DNA of 64,000 nucleotides from Chloropicon primus (Eukaryota): NCBI GenBank assembly GCA_023205875.1, contig CP060773.1, positions 310,001 to 374,000 of the forward strand, given 5' to 3'. A program made the position numbers and the translations under genes. Shown here in pieces: positions 1 through 15,000 of this stretch. The notes below the pieces were generated by a model. The model did not search any database. It saw only the letters and a list, made by a program, of their open reading frames with translations, and was not told where the DNA came from. How positions within the stretch are numbered: the first letter of the stretch is position 1; every line of letters starts with the position of its first letter.

Positions 1-3000
1 AGTATTACCAGAGCCATCAGCCACGGTAAACTTGTCCGAGTCCATCGTCAAACCACCATTCAACACAGTGGCACCAGTAACAGTAGTGTCACCAGTAACA
101 CCCAAGGTACCAGCGATGGCAGTATTACCAGAGTCATCAGCCACGGTAAACTTGTCCGAGTCCATCGTCAAACCACCATTCAACACAGTGGCGCCAGTAA
201 CAGTAGTGTCACCAGTAACACCCAAGGTACCAGCGATGGCAGTATTACCAGTGTTATCAGCCACGGTAAACTTGTCCGAGTCCATCGTCAAACCACCATT
301 CAACACAGTGGCACCAGTCGTTGTCAACGTACCAGCGATGGCAGTATTACCAGAGCCATCAGCCACGGTAAACTTGTCCGAGTCCATCGTCAAACCACCA
401 TTCAACACAGTGGCGCCAGTAACAGTAGTGTCACCAGTAACACCCAAGGTACCAGCGATGGCAGTATTACCAGAGTCATCAGCCACGGTAAACTTGTCCG
501 AGTCCATCGTCAAACCACCATTCAACACAGTGGCACCAGTCGTTGTCAACGTACCAGCGATGGCAGTATTACCAGAGTCATCAGCCACGGTAAACTTGTC
601 CGAGTCCATCGTCAAACCACCATTCAACACAGTGGCGCCAGTAACAGTAGTGTCACCAGTAACACCCAAGGTACCAGCGATGGCAGTATTACCAGAGTCA
701 TCAGCCACGGTAAACTTGTCCGAGTCCATCGTCAAACCACCATTCAACACAGTGGCGCCAGTAACAGTAGTGTCACCAGTAACACCCAAGGTACCAGCGA
801 TGGCAGTATTACCAGAGTTATCAGCCACGGTAAACTTGTCCGAGTCCATCGTCAAACCACCATTCAACACAGTGGCACCAGTAACAGTAGTGTCACCAGT
901 AACACCCAAGGTACCAGCGATGGCAGTATTACCAGAGTCATCAGCCACGGTAAACTTGTCCGAGTCCATCGTCAAACCACCATTCAACACAGTGGCGCCA
1001 GTAACAGTAGTGTCACCAGTAACACCCAAGGTACCAGCGATGGCAGTATTACCAGAGTTATCAGCCACGGTAAACTTGTCCGAGTCCATCGTCAAACCAC
1101 CATTCAACACAGTGGCACCAGTCGTTGTCAACGTACCAGCGATGGCAGTATTACCAGAGCCATCAGCCACGGTAAACTTGTCCGAGTCCATCGTCAAACC
1201 ACCATTCAACACAGTGGCGCCAGTAACAGTAGTGTCACCAGTAACACCCAAGGTACCAGCGATGGCAGTATTACCAGAGTCATCAGCCACGGTAAACTTG
1301 TCCGAGTCCATCGTCAAACCACCATTCAACACAGTGGCACCAGTCAGTTGTCAACGTACCAGCGATGGCAGTATTACCAGAGTCATCAGCCACGGTAAAC
1401 TTGTCCGAGTCCATCGTCAAACCACCATTCAACACAGTGGCACCAGTAACGTTGTCAACGTACCAGCGATGGCAGTATTACCAGAGCCATCAGCCACGGT
1501 AAACTTGTCCGAGTCCATCGTCAAACCACCATTCAACACAGTGGCGCCAGTAACAGTAGTGTCACCAGTAACACCCAAGGTACCAGCGATGGCAGTATTA
1601 CCAGAGTCATCAGCCACGGTAAACTTGTCCGAGTCCATCGTCAAACCACCATTCAACACAGTGGCGCCAGTAACAGTAGTGTCACCAGTAACACCCAAGG
1701 TACCAGCGATGGCAGTATTACCAGAGTCATCAGCCACGGTAAACTTGTCCGAGTCCATCGTCAAACCACCATTCAACACAGTGGCGCCAGTAACAGTAGT
1801 GTCACCAGTAACACCCAAGGTACCAGCGATGGCAGTATTACCAGAGTCATCAGCCACGGTAAACTTGTCCGAGTCCATCGTCAAACCACCATTCAACACA
1901 GTGGCACCAGTCAGTTGTCAACGTACCAGCGATGGCAGTATTACCAGAGTCATCAGCCACGGTAAACTTGTCCGAGTCCATCGTCAAACCACCATTCAAC
2001 ACAGTGGCACCAGTAACAGTAGTGTCACCAGTAACGGTACCAGCGATGGCAGTATTACCAGAGCCATCAGCCACGGTAAACTTGTCCGAGTCCATCGTCA
2101 AACCACCATTCAACACAGTGGCGCCAGTAACAGTAGTGTCACCAGTAACACCCAAGGTACCAGCGATGGCAGTATTACCAGAGCCATCAGCCACGGTAAA
2201 CTTGTCCGAGTCCATCGTCAAACCACCATTCAACACAGTGGCGCCAGTAACAGTAGTGTCACCAGTAACACCCAAGGTACCAGCGATGGCAGTATTACCA
2301 GAGTCATCAGCCACGGTAAACTTGTCCGAGTCCATCGTCAAACCACCATTCAACACAGTGGCGCCAGTAACAGTAGTGTCACCAGTAACACCCAAGGTAC
2401 CAGCGATGGCAGTATTACCAGAGTTATCAGCCACGGTAAACTTGTCCGAGTCCATCGTCAAACCACCATTCAACACAGTGGCACCAGTCAGTTGTCAACG
2501 TACCAGCGATGGCAGTATTACCAGAGCCATCAGCCACGGTAAACTTGTCCGAGTCCATCGTCAAACCACCATTCAACACAGTGGCGCCAGTAACAGTAGT
2601 GTCACCAGTAACACCCAAGGTACCAGCGATGGCAGTATTACCAGAGCCATCAGCCACGGTAAACTTGTCCGAGTCCATCGTCAAACCACCATTCAACACA
2701 GTGGCGCCAGTAACAGTAGTGTCACCAGTAACACCCAAGGTACCAGCGATGGCAGTATTACCAGAGTCATCAGCCACGGTAAACTTGTCCGAGTCCATCG
2801 TCAAACCACCATTCAACACAGTGGCACCAGTAACAGTAGTGTCACCAGTAACACCCAAGGTACCAGCGATGGCAGTATTACCAGAGCCATCAGCCACGGT
2901 AAACTTGTCCGAGTCCATCGTCAAACCACCATTCAACACAGTGGCGCCAGTAACAGTAGTGTCACCAGTAACACCCAAGGTACCAGCGATGGCAGTATTA

Positions 3001-6000
3001 CCAGAGTCATCAGCCACGGTAAACTTGTCCGAGTCCATCGTCAAACCACCATTCAACACAGTGGCGCCAGTAACAGTAGTGTCACCAGTAACACCCAAGG
3101 TACCAGCGATGGCAGTATTACCAGAGTCATCAGCCACGGTAAACTTGTCCGAGTCCATCGTCAAACCACCATTCAACACAGTGGCGCCAGTAACAGTAGT
3201 GTCACCAGTAACACCCAAGGTACCAGCGATGGCAGTATTACCAGTGTTATCAGCCACGGTAAACTTGTCCGAGTCCATCGTCAAACCACCATTCAACACA
3301 GTGGCACCAGTCGTTGTCAACGTACCAGCGATGGCAGTATTACCAGAGCCATCAGCCACGGTAAACTTGTCCGAGTCCATCGTCAAACCACCATTCAACA
3401 CAGTGGCGCCAGTAACAGTAGTGTCACCAGTAACACCCAAGGTACCAGCGATGGCAGTATTACCAGAGTCATCAGCCACGGTAAACTTGTCCGAGTCCAT
3501 CGTCAAACCACCATTCAACACAGTGGCGCCAGTAACAGTAGTGTCACCAGTAACACCCAAGGTACCAGCGATGGCAGTATTACCAGAGTTATCAGCCACG
3601 GTAAACTTGTCCGAGTCCATCGTCAAACCACCATTCAACACAGTGGCACCAGTCGTTGTCAACGTACCAGCGATGGCAGTATTACCAGAGTCATCAGCCA
3701 CGGTAAACTTGTCCGAGTCCATCGTCAAACCACCATTCAACACAGTGGCGCCAGTAACAGTAGTGTCACCAGTAACACCCAAGGTACCAGCGATGGCAGT
3801 ATTACCAGAGTTATCAGCCACGGTAAACTTGTCCGAGTCCATCGTCAAACCACCATTCAACACAGTGGCACCAGTAACAGTAGTGTCAACGTACCAGCGA
3901 TGGCAGTATTACCAGAGCCATCAGCCACGGTAAACTTGTCCGAGTCCATCGTCAAACCACCATTCAACACAGTGGCGCCAGTAACAGTAGTGTCACCAGT
4001 AACACCCAAGGTACCAGCGATGGCAGTATTACCAGAGCCATCAGCCACGGTAAACTTGTCCGAGTCCATCGTCAAACCACCATTCAACACAGTGGCGCCA
4101 GTAACAGTAGTGTCACCAGTAACACCCAAGGTACCAGCGATGGCAGTATTACCAGAGTCATCAGCCACGGTAAACTTGTCCGAGTCCATCGTCAAACCAC
4201 CATTCAACACAGTGGCGCCAGTAACAGTAGTGTCACCAGTAACACCCAAGGTACCAGCGATGGCAGTATTACCAGAGTCATCAGCCACGGTAAACTTGTC
4301 CGAGTCCATCGTCAAACCACCATTCAACACAGTGGCACCAGTCGTTGTCAACGTACCAGCGATGGCAGTATTACCAGAGCCATCAGCCACGGTAAACTTG
4401 TCCGAGTCCATCGTCAAACCACCATTCAACACAGTGGCGCCAGTAACAGTAGTGTCACCAGTAACACCCAAGGTACCAGCGATGGCAGTATTACCAGAGT
4501 CATCAGCCACGGTAAACTTGTCCGAGTCCATCGTCAAACCACCATTCAACACAGTGGCGCCAGTAACAGTAGTGTCACCAGTAACACCCAAGGTACCAGC
4601 GATGGCAGTATTACCAGAGTCATCAGCCACGGTAAACTTGTCCGAGTCCATCGTCAAACCACCATTCAACACAGTGGCACCAGTAACAGTTGTCAACGTA
4701 CCAGCGATGGCAGTATTACCAGAGTCATCAGCCACGGTAAACTTGTCCGAGTCCATCGTCAAACCACCATTCAACACAGTGGCACCAGTCAGTTGTCAAC
4801 GTACCAGCGATGGCAGTATTACCAGAGCCATCAGCCACGGTAAACTTGTCCGAGTCCATCGTCAAACCACCATTCAACACAGTGGCGCCAGTAACAGTAG
4901 TGTCACCAGTAACACCCAAGGTACCAGCGATGGCAGTATTACCAGAGTCATCAGCCACGGTAAACTTGTCCGAGTCCATCGTCAAACCACCATTCAACAC
5001 AGTGGCGCCAGTAACAGTAGTGTCACCAGTAACACCCAAGGTACCAGCGATGGCAGTATTACCAGAGTCATCAGCCACGGTAAACTTGTCCGAGTCCATC
5101 GTCAAACCACCATTCAACACAGTGGCACCAGTCGTTGTCAACGTACCAGCGATGGCAGTATTACCAGAGCCATCAGCCACGGTAAACTTGTCCGAGTCCA
5201 TCGTCAAACCACCATTCAACACAGTGGCGCCAGTAACAGTAGTGTCACCAGTAACACCCAAGGTACCAGCGATGGCAGTATTACCAGAGTCATCAGCCAC
5301 GGTAAACTTGTCCGAGTCCATCGTCAAACCACCATTCAACACAGTGGCACCAGTAACAGTAGTGTCACCAGTAACACCCAAGGTACCAGCGATGGCAGTA
5401 TTACCAGAGTCATCAGCCACGGTAAACTTGTCCGAGTCCATCGTCAAACCACCATTCAACACAGTGGCACCAGTAACAGTTGTCAACGTACCAGCGATGG
5501 CAGTATTACCAGAGCCATCAGCCACGGTAAACTTGTCCGAGTCCATCGTCAAACCACCATTCAACACAGTGGCGCCAGTAACAGTAGTGTCACCAGTAAC
5601 ACCCAAGGTACCAGCGATGGCAGTATTACCAGAGTCATCAGCCACGGTAAACTTGTCCGAGTCCATCGTCAAACCACCATTCAACACAGTGGCACCAGTA
5701 ACAGTAGTGTCACCAGTAACACCCAAGGTACCAGCGATGGCAGTATTACCAGAGTTATCAGCCACGGTAAACTTGTCCGAGTCCATCGTCAAACCACCAT
5801 TCAACACAGTGGCACCAGTCGTTGTCAACGTACCAGCGATGGCAGTATTACCAGAGCCATCAGCCACGGTAAACTTGTCCGAGTCCATCGTCAAACCACC
5901 ATTCAACACAGTGGCGCCAGTAACAGTAGTGTCACCAGTAACACCCAAGGTACCAGCGATGGCAGTATTACCAGAGTCATCAGCCACGGTAAACTTGTCC

Positions 6001-9000
6001 GAGTCCATCGTCAAACCACCATTCAACACAGTGGCGCCAGTAACAGTAGTGTCACCAGTAACACCCAAGGTACCAGCGATGGCAGTATTACCAGAGTCAT
6101 CAGCCACGGTAAACTTGTCCGAGTCCATCGTCAAACCACCATTCAACACAGTGGCACCAGTAACAGTAGTGTCAACGTACCAGCGATGGCAGTATTACCA
6201 GAGTCATCAGCCACGGTAAACTTGTCCGAGTCCATCGTCAAACCACCATTCAACACAGTGGCACCAGTCAGTTGTCAACGTACCAGCGATGGCAGTATTA
6301 CCAGAGTCATCAGCCACGGTAAACTTGTCCGAGTCCATCGTCAAACCACCATTCAACACAGTGGCACCAGTAACAGTTGTCAACGTACCAGCGATGGCAG
6401 TATTACCAGAGCCATCAGCCACGGTAAACTTGTCCGAGTCCATCGTCAAACCACCATTCAACACAGTGGCGCCAGTAACAGTAGTGTCACCAGTAACACC
6501 CAAGGTACCAGCGATGGCAGTATTACCAGAGCCATCAGCCACGGTAAACTTGTCCGAGTCCATCGTCAAACCACCATTCAACACAGTGGCACCAGTAACA
6601 GTAGTGTCACCAGTAACACCCAAGGTACCAGCGATGGCAGTATTACCAGAGTCATCAGCCACGGTAAACTTGTCCGAGTCCATCGTCAAACCACCATTCA
6701 ACACAGTGGCGCCAGTAACAGTAGTGTCACCAGTAACACCCAAGGTACCAGCGATGGCAGTATTACCAGTGTTATCAGCCACGGTAAACTTGTCCGAGTC
6801 CATCGTCAAACCACCATTCAACACAGTGGCACCAGTCGTTGTCAACGTACCAGCGATGGCAGTATTACCAGAGCCATCAGCCACGGTAAACTTGTCCGAG
6901 TCCATCGTCAAACCACCATTCAACACAGTGGCGCCAGTAACAGTAGTGTCACCAGTAACACCCAAGGTACCAGCGATGGCAGTATTACCAGAGTCATCAG
7001 CCACGGTAAACTTGTCCGAGTCCATCGTCAAACCACCATTCAACACAGTGGCGCCAGTAACAGTAGTGTCACCAGTAACACCCAAGGTACCAGCGATGGC
7101 AGTATTACCAGAGTCATCAGCCACGGTAAACTTGTCCGAGTCCATCGTCAAACCACCATTCAACACAGTGGCGCCAGTAACAGTAGTGTCACCAGTAACA
7201 CCCAAGGTACCAGCGATGGCAGTATTACCAGAGTCATCAGCCACGGTAAACTTGTCCGAGTCCATCGTCAAACCACCATTCAACACAGTGGCACCAGTAA
7301 CAGTTGTCAACGGTACCAGCGATGGCAGTATTACCAGAGTCATCAGCCACGGTAAACTTGTCCGAGTCCATCGTCAAACCACCATTCAACACAGTGGCGC
7401 CAGTAACAGTAGTGTCACCAGTAACACCCAAGGTACCAGCGATGGCAGTATTACCAGAGTCATCAGCCACGGTAAACTTGTCCGAGTCCATCGTCAAACC
7501 ACCATTCAACACAGTGGCGCCAGTAACAGTAGTGTCACCAGTAACACCCAAGGTACCAGCGATGGCAGTATTACCAGAGTTATCAGCCACGGTAAACTTG
7601 TCCGAGTCCATCGTCAAACCACCATTCAACACAGTGGCACCAGTCGTTGTCAACGTACCAGCGATGGCAGTATTACCAGAGTCATCAGCCACGGTAAACT
7701 TGTCCGAGTCCATCGTCAAACCACCATTCAACACAGTGGCGCCAGTAACAGTAGTGTCACCAGTAACACCCAAGGTACCAGCGATGGCAGTATTACCAGA
7801 GTCATCAGCCACGGTAAACTTGTCCGAGTCCATCGTCAAACCACCATTCAACACAGTGGCGCCAGTAACAGTAGTGTCACCAGTAACACCCAAGGTACCA
7901 GCGATGGCAGTATTACCAGAGTCATCAGCCACGGTAAACTTGTCCGAGTCCATCGTCAAACCACCATTCAACACAGTGGCACCAGTCGTTGTCAACGTAC
8001 CAGCGATGGCAGTATTACCAGAGCCATCAGCCACGGTAAACTTGTCCGAGTCCATCGTCAAACCACCATTCAACACAGTGGCGCCAGTAACAGTAGTGTC
8101 ACCAGTAACACCCAAGGTACCAGCGATGGCAGTATTACCAGAGTCATCAGCCACGGTAAACTTGTCCGAGTCCATCGTCAAACCACCATTCAACACAGTG
8201 GCACCAGTAACAGTAGTGTCACCAGTAACACCCAAGGTACCAGCGATGGCAGTATTACCAGAGTCATCAGCCACGGTAAACTTGTCCGAGTCCATCGTCA
8301 AACCACCATTCAACACAGTGGCGCCAGTAACAGTTGTCAACGTACCAGCGATGGCAGTATTACCAGAGCCATCAGCCACGGTAAACTTGTCCGAGTCCAT
8401 CGTCAAACCACCATTCAACACAGTGGCGCCAGTAACAGTAGTGTCACCAGTAACACCCAAGGTACCAGCGATGGCAGTATTACCAGAGTCATCAGCCACG
8501 GTAAACTTGTCCGAGTCCATCGTCAAACCACCATTCAACACAGTGGCGCCAGTAACAGTAGTGTCACCAGTAACACCCAAGGTACCAGCGATGGCAGTAT
8601 TACCAGAGTTATCAGCCACGGTAAACTTGTCCGAGTCCATCGTCAAACCACCATTCAACACAGTGGCACCAGTCGTTGTCAACGTACCAGCGATGGCAGT
8701 ATTACCAGAGTCATCAGCCACGGTAAACTTGTCCGAGTCCATCGTCAAACCACCATTCAACACAGTGGCGCCAGTAACAGTAGTGTCACCAGTAACACCC
8801 AAGGTACCAGCGATGGCAGTATTACCAGAGTCATCAGCCACGGTAAACTTGTCCGAGTCCATCGTCAAACCACCATTCAACACAGTGGCGCCAGTAACAG
8901 TAGTGTCACCAGTAACACCCAAGGTACCAGCGATGGCAGTATTACCAGAGTCATCAGCCACGGTAAACTTGTCCGAGTCCATCGTCAAACCACCATTCAA

Positions 9001-12000
9001 CACAGTGGCACCAGTCGTTGTCAACGTACCAGCGATGGCAGTATTACCAGAGCCATCAGCCACGGTAAACTTGTCCGAGTCCATCGTCAAACCACCATTC
9101 AACACAGTGGCACCAGTCATTGTCAACGTACCAGCGATGGCAGTATTACCAGAGTCATCAGCCACGGTAAACTTGTCCGAGTCCATCGTCAAACCACCAT
9201 TCAACACAGTGGCACCAGTAACAGTTGTCAACGGTACCAGCGATGGCAGTATTACCAGAGTCATCAGCCACGGTAAACTTGTCCGAGTCCATCGTCAAAC
9301 CACCATTCAACACAGTGGCGCCAGTAACAGTAGTGTCACCAGTAACACCCAAGGTACCAGCGATGGCAGTATTACCAGAGCCATCAGCCACGGTAAACTT
9401 GTCCGAGTCCATCGTCAAACCACCATTCAACACAGTGGCACCAGTAACAGTAGTGTCACCAGTAACACCCAAGGTACCAGCGATGGCAGTATTACCAGAG
9501 TCATCAGCCACGGTAAACTTGTCCGAGTCCATCGTCAAACCACCATTCAACACAGTGGCGCCAGTAACAGTAGTGTCACCAGTAACACCCAAGGTACCAG
9601 CGATGGCAGTATTACCAGTGTTATCAGCCACGGTAAACTTGTCCGAGTCCATCGTCAAACCACCATTCAACACAGTGGCACCAGTCGTTGTCAACGTACC
9701 AGCGATGGCAGTATTACCAGAGCCATCAGCCACGGTAAACTTGTCCGAGTCCATCGTCAAACCACCATTCAACACAGTGGCGCCAGTAACAGTAGTGTCA
9801 CCAGTAACACCCAAGGTACCAGCGATGGCAGTATTACCAGAGTCATCAGCCACGGTAAACTTGTCCGAGTCCATCGTCAAACCACCATTCAACACAGTGG
9901 CGCCAGTAACAGTAGTGTCACCAGTAACACCCAAGGTACCAGCGATGGCAGTATTACCAGAGTCATCAGCCACGGTAAACTTGTCCGAGTCCATCGTCAA
10001 ACCACCATTCAACACAGTGGCACCAGTAACAGTAGTGTCACCAGTAACACCCAAGGTACCAGCGATGGCAGTATTACCAGAGCCATCAGCCACGGTAAAC
10101 TTGTCCGAGTCCATCGTCAAACCACCATTCAACACAGTGGCACCAGTCGTTGTCAACGTACCAGCGATGGCAGTATTACCAGAGTCATCAGCCACGGTAA
10201 ACTTGTCCGAGTCCATCGTCAAACCACCATTCAACACAGTGGCGCCAGTAACAGTAGTGTCACCAGTAACACCCAAGGTACCAGCGATGGCAGTATTACC
10301 AGAGTCATCAGCCACGGTAAACTTGTCCGAGTCCATCGTCAAACCACCATTCAACACAGTGGCGCCAGTAACAGTAGTGTCACCAGTAACACCCAAGGTA
10401 CCAGCGATGGCAGTATTACCAGAGTCATCAGCCACGGTAAACTTGTCCGAGTCCATCGTCAAACCACCATTCAACACAGTGGCACCAGTAACAGTAGTGT
10501 CACCACGGTACCAGCGATGGCAGTATTACCAGAGCCATCAGCCACGGTAAACTTGTCCGAGTCCATCGTCAAACCACCATTCAACACAGTGGCACCAGTC
10601 GTTGTCAACGTACCAGCGATGGCAGTATTACCAGAGTTATCAGCCACGGTAAACTTGTCCGAGTCCATCGTCAAACCACCATTCAACACAGTGGCGCCAG
10701 TAACAGTAGTGTCACCAGTAACACCCAAGGTACCAGCGATGGCAGTATTACCAGAGTCATCAGCCACGGTAAACTTGTCCGAGTCCATCGTCAAACCACC
10801 ATTCAACACAGTGGCGCCAGTAACAGTAGTGTCACCAGTAACACCCAAGGTACCAGCGATGGCAGTATTACCAGAGTTATCAGCCACGGTAAACTTGTCC
10901 GAGTCCATCGTCAAACCACCATTCAACACAGTGGCACCAGTCAGTTGTCAACGTACCAGCGATGGCAGTATTACCAGAGTCATCAGCCACGGTAAACTTG
11001 TCCGAGTCCATCGTCAAACCACCATTCAACACAGTGGCGCCAGTAACAGTAGTGTCACCAGTAACACCCAAGGTACCAGCGATGGCAGTATTACCAGTGT
11101 TATCAGCCACGGTAAACTTGTCCGAGTCCATCGTCAAACCACCATTCAACACAGTGGCACCAGTCGTTGTCAACGTACCAGCGATGGCAGTATTACCAGA
11201 GCCATCAGCCACGGTAAACTTGTCCGAGTCCATCGTCAAACCACCATTCAACACAGTGGCGCCAGTAACAGTAGTGTCACCAGTAACACCCAAGGTACCA
11301 GCGATGGCAGTATTACCAGAGTCATCAGCCACGGTAAACTTGTCCGAGTCCATCGTCAAACCACCATTCAACACAGTGGCACCAGTAACAGTAGTGTCAC
11401 CAGTAACACCCAAGGTACCAGCGATGGCAGTATTACCAGAGTCATCAGCCACGGTAAACTTGTCCGAGTCCATCGTCAAACCACCATTCAACACAGTGGC
11501 ACCAGTAACAGTAGTGTCACCAGTAACACCCAAGGTACCAGCGATGGCAGTATTACCAGAGCCATCAGCCACGGTAAACTTGTCCGAGTCCATCGTCAAA
11601 CCACCATTCAACACAGTGGCACCAGTAACAGTAGTGTCACCAGTAACACCCAAGGTACCAGCGATGGCAGTATTACCAGAGCCATCAGCCACGGTAAACT
11701 TGTCCGAGTCCATCGTCAAACCACCATTCAACACAGTGGCGCCAGTAACAGTAGTGTCACCAGTAACACCCAAGGTACCAGCGATGGCAGTATTACCAGT
11801 GTTATCAGCCACGGTAAACTTGTCCGAGTCCATCGTCAAACCACCATTCAACACAGTGGCACCAGTCGTTGTCAACGTACCAGCGATGGCAGTATTACCA
11901 GAGCCATCAGCCACGGTAAACTTGTCCGAGTCCATCGTCAAACCACCATTCAACACAGTGGCGCCAGTAACAGTAGTGTCACCAGTAACACCCAAGTACC

Positions 12001-15000
12001 AGCGATGGCAGTATTACCAGAGTCATCAGCCACGGTAAACTTGTCCGAGTCCATCGTCAAACCACCATTCAACACAGTGGCGCCAGTAACAGTAGTGTCA
12101 CCAGTAACACCCAAGGTACCAGCGATGGCAGTATTACCAGAGTCATCAGCCACGGTAAACTTGTCCGAGTCCATCGTCAAACCACCATTCAACACAGTGG
12201 CACCAGTAACAGTAGTGTCACCAGTAACACCCAAGGTACCAGCGATGGCAGTATTACCAGAGCCATCAGCCACGGTAAACTTGTCCGAGTCCATCGTCAA
12301 ACCACCATTCAACACAGTGGCACCAGTCATTGTCAACGTACCAGCGATGGCAGTATTACCAGTGTTATCAGCCACGGTAAACTTGTCCGAGTCCATCGTC
12401 AAACCACCATTCAACACAGTGGCACCAGTCAGTTGTCAACGTACCAGCGATGGCAGTATTACCAGAGCCATCAGCCACGGTAAACTTGTCCGAGTCCATC
12501 GTCAAACCACCATTCAACACAGTGGCGCCAGTAACAGTAGTGTCACCAGTAACACCCAAGGTACCAGCGATGGCAGTATTACCAGAGTCATCAGCCACGG
12601 TAAACTTGTCCGAGTCCATCGTCAAACCACCATTCAACACAGTGGCACCAGTAACAGTAGTGGCACCAGTAACACCCAAGGTACCAGCGATGGCAGTATT
12701 ACCAGAGTCATCAGCCACGGTAAACTTGTCCGAGTCCATCGTCAAACCACCATTCAACACAGTGGCACCAGTAACAGTAGTGTCACCAGTAACACCCAAG
12801 GTACCAGCGATGGCAGTATTACCAGTGTTATCAGCCACGGTAAACTTGTCCGAGTCCATCGTCAAACCACCATTCAACACAGTGGCACCAGTAACAGTGT
12901 GTCACCAGTAACACCCAAGGTACCAGCGATGGCAGTATTACCAGAGTCATCAGCCACGGTAAACTTGTCCGAGTCCATCGTCAAACCACCATTCAACACA
13001 GTGGCACCAGTAACAGTAGTGTCACCAGTAACACCCAAGGTACCAGCGATGGCAGTATTACCAGAGTCATCAGCCACGGTAAACTTGTCCGAGTCCATCG
13101 TCAAACCACCATTCAACACAGTGGCGCCAGTAACAGTAGTGTCACCAGTAACACCCAAGGTACCAGCGATGGCAGTATTACCAGTGTTATCAGCCACGGT
13201 AAACTTGTCCGAGTCCATCGTCAAACCACCATTCAACACAGTGGCACCAGTAACAGTAGTGTCACCAGTAACACCCAAGGTACCAGCGATGGCAGTATTA
13301 CCAGAGCCATCAGCCACGGTAAACTTGTCCGAGTCCATCGTCAAACCACCATTCAACACAGTGGCACCAGTCATTGTCAACGTACCAGCGATGGCAGTAT
13401 TACCAGTGTTATCAGCCACGGTAAACTTGTCCGAGTCCATCGTCAAACCACCATTCAACACAGTGGCACCAGTCATTGTCAACGTACCAGCGATGGCAGT
13501 ATTACCAGAGCCATCAGCCACGGTAAACTTGTCCGAGTCCATCGTCAAACCACCATTCAACACAGTGGCGCCAGTAACAGTAGTGTCACCAGTAACACCC
13601 AAGGTACCAGCGATGGCAGTATTACCAGAGTCATCAGCCACGGTAAACTTGTCCGAGTCCATCGTCAAACCACCATTCAACACAGTGGCACCAGTAACAG
13701 TAGTGTCACCAGTAACACCCAAGGTACCAGCGATGGCAGTATTACCAGAGTCATCAGCCACGGTAAACTTGTCCGAGTCCATCGTCAAACCACCATTCAA
13801 CACAGTGGCACCAGTAACAGTAGTGTCACCAGTAACACCCAAGGTACCAGCGATGGCAGTATTACCAGAGTCATCAGCCACGGTAAACTTGTCCGAGTCC
13901 ATCGTCAAACCACCATTCAACACAGTGGCACCAGTAACAGTAGTGTCACCAGTAACACCCAAGGTACCAGCGATGGCAGTATTACCAGTGTTATCAGCCA
14001 CGGTAAACTTGTCCGAGTCCATCGTCAAACCACCATTCAACACAGTGGCACCAGTAACAGTGATGCACCAGTAACACCCAAGGTACCAGCGATGGCAGTA
14101 TTACCAGAGTCATCAGCCACGGTAAACTTGTCCGAGTCCATCGTCAAACCACCATTCAACACAGTGGCACCAGTAACAGTAGTGTCACCAGTAACACCCA
14201 AGGTACCAGCGATGGCAGTATTACCAGAGCCATCAGCCACGGTAAACTTGTCCGAGTCCATCGTCAAACCACCATTCAACACAGTGGCGCCAGTAACAGT
14301 AGTGTCACCAGTAACACCCAAGGTACCAGCGATGGCAGTATTACCAGTGTTATCAGCCACGGTAAACTTGTCCGAGTCCATCGTCAAACCACCATTCAAC
14401 ACAGTGGCGCCAGTAACAGTAGTGTCACCAGTAACACCCAAGGTACCAGCGATGGCAGTATTACCAGAGTCATCAGCCACGGTAAACTTGTCCGAGTCCA
14501 TCGTCAAACCACCATTCAACACAGTGGCACCAGTAACAGTAGTGTCACCAGTAACACCCAAGGTACCAGCGATGGCAGTATTACCAGAGCCATCAGCCAC
14601 GGTAAACTTGTCCGAGTCCATCGTCAAACCACCATTCAACACAGTGGCGCCAGTAACAGTAGTGTCACCAGTAACACCCAAGGTACCAGCGATGGCAGTA
14701 TTACCAGAGTCATCAGCCACGGTAAACTTGTCCGAGTCCATCGTCAAACCACCATTCAACACAGTGGCACCAGTAACAGTAGTGTCACCAGTAACACCCA
14801 AGGTACCAGCGATGGCAGTATTACCAGAGTCATCAGCCACGGTAAACTTGTCCGAGTCCATCGTCAAACCACCATTCAACACAGTGGCACCAGTCGTTGT
14901 CAACGTACCAGCGATGGCAGTATTACCAGAGCCATCAGCCACGGTAAACTTGTCCGAGTCCATCGTCAAACCACCATTCAACACAGTGGCACCAGTAACA

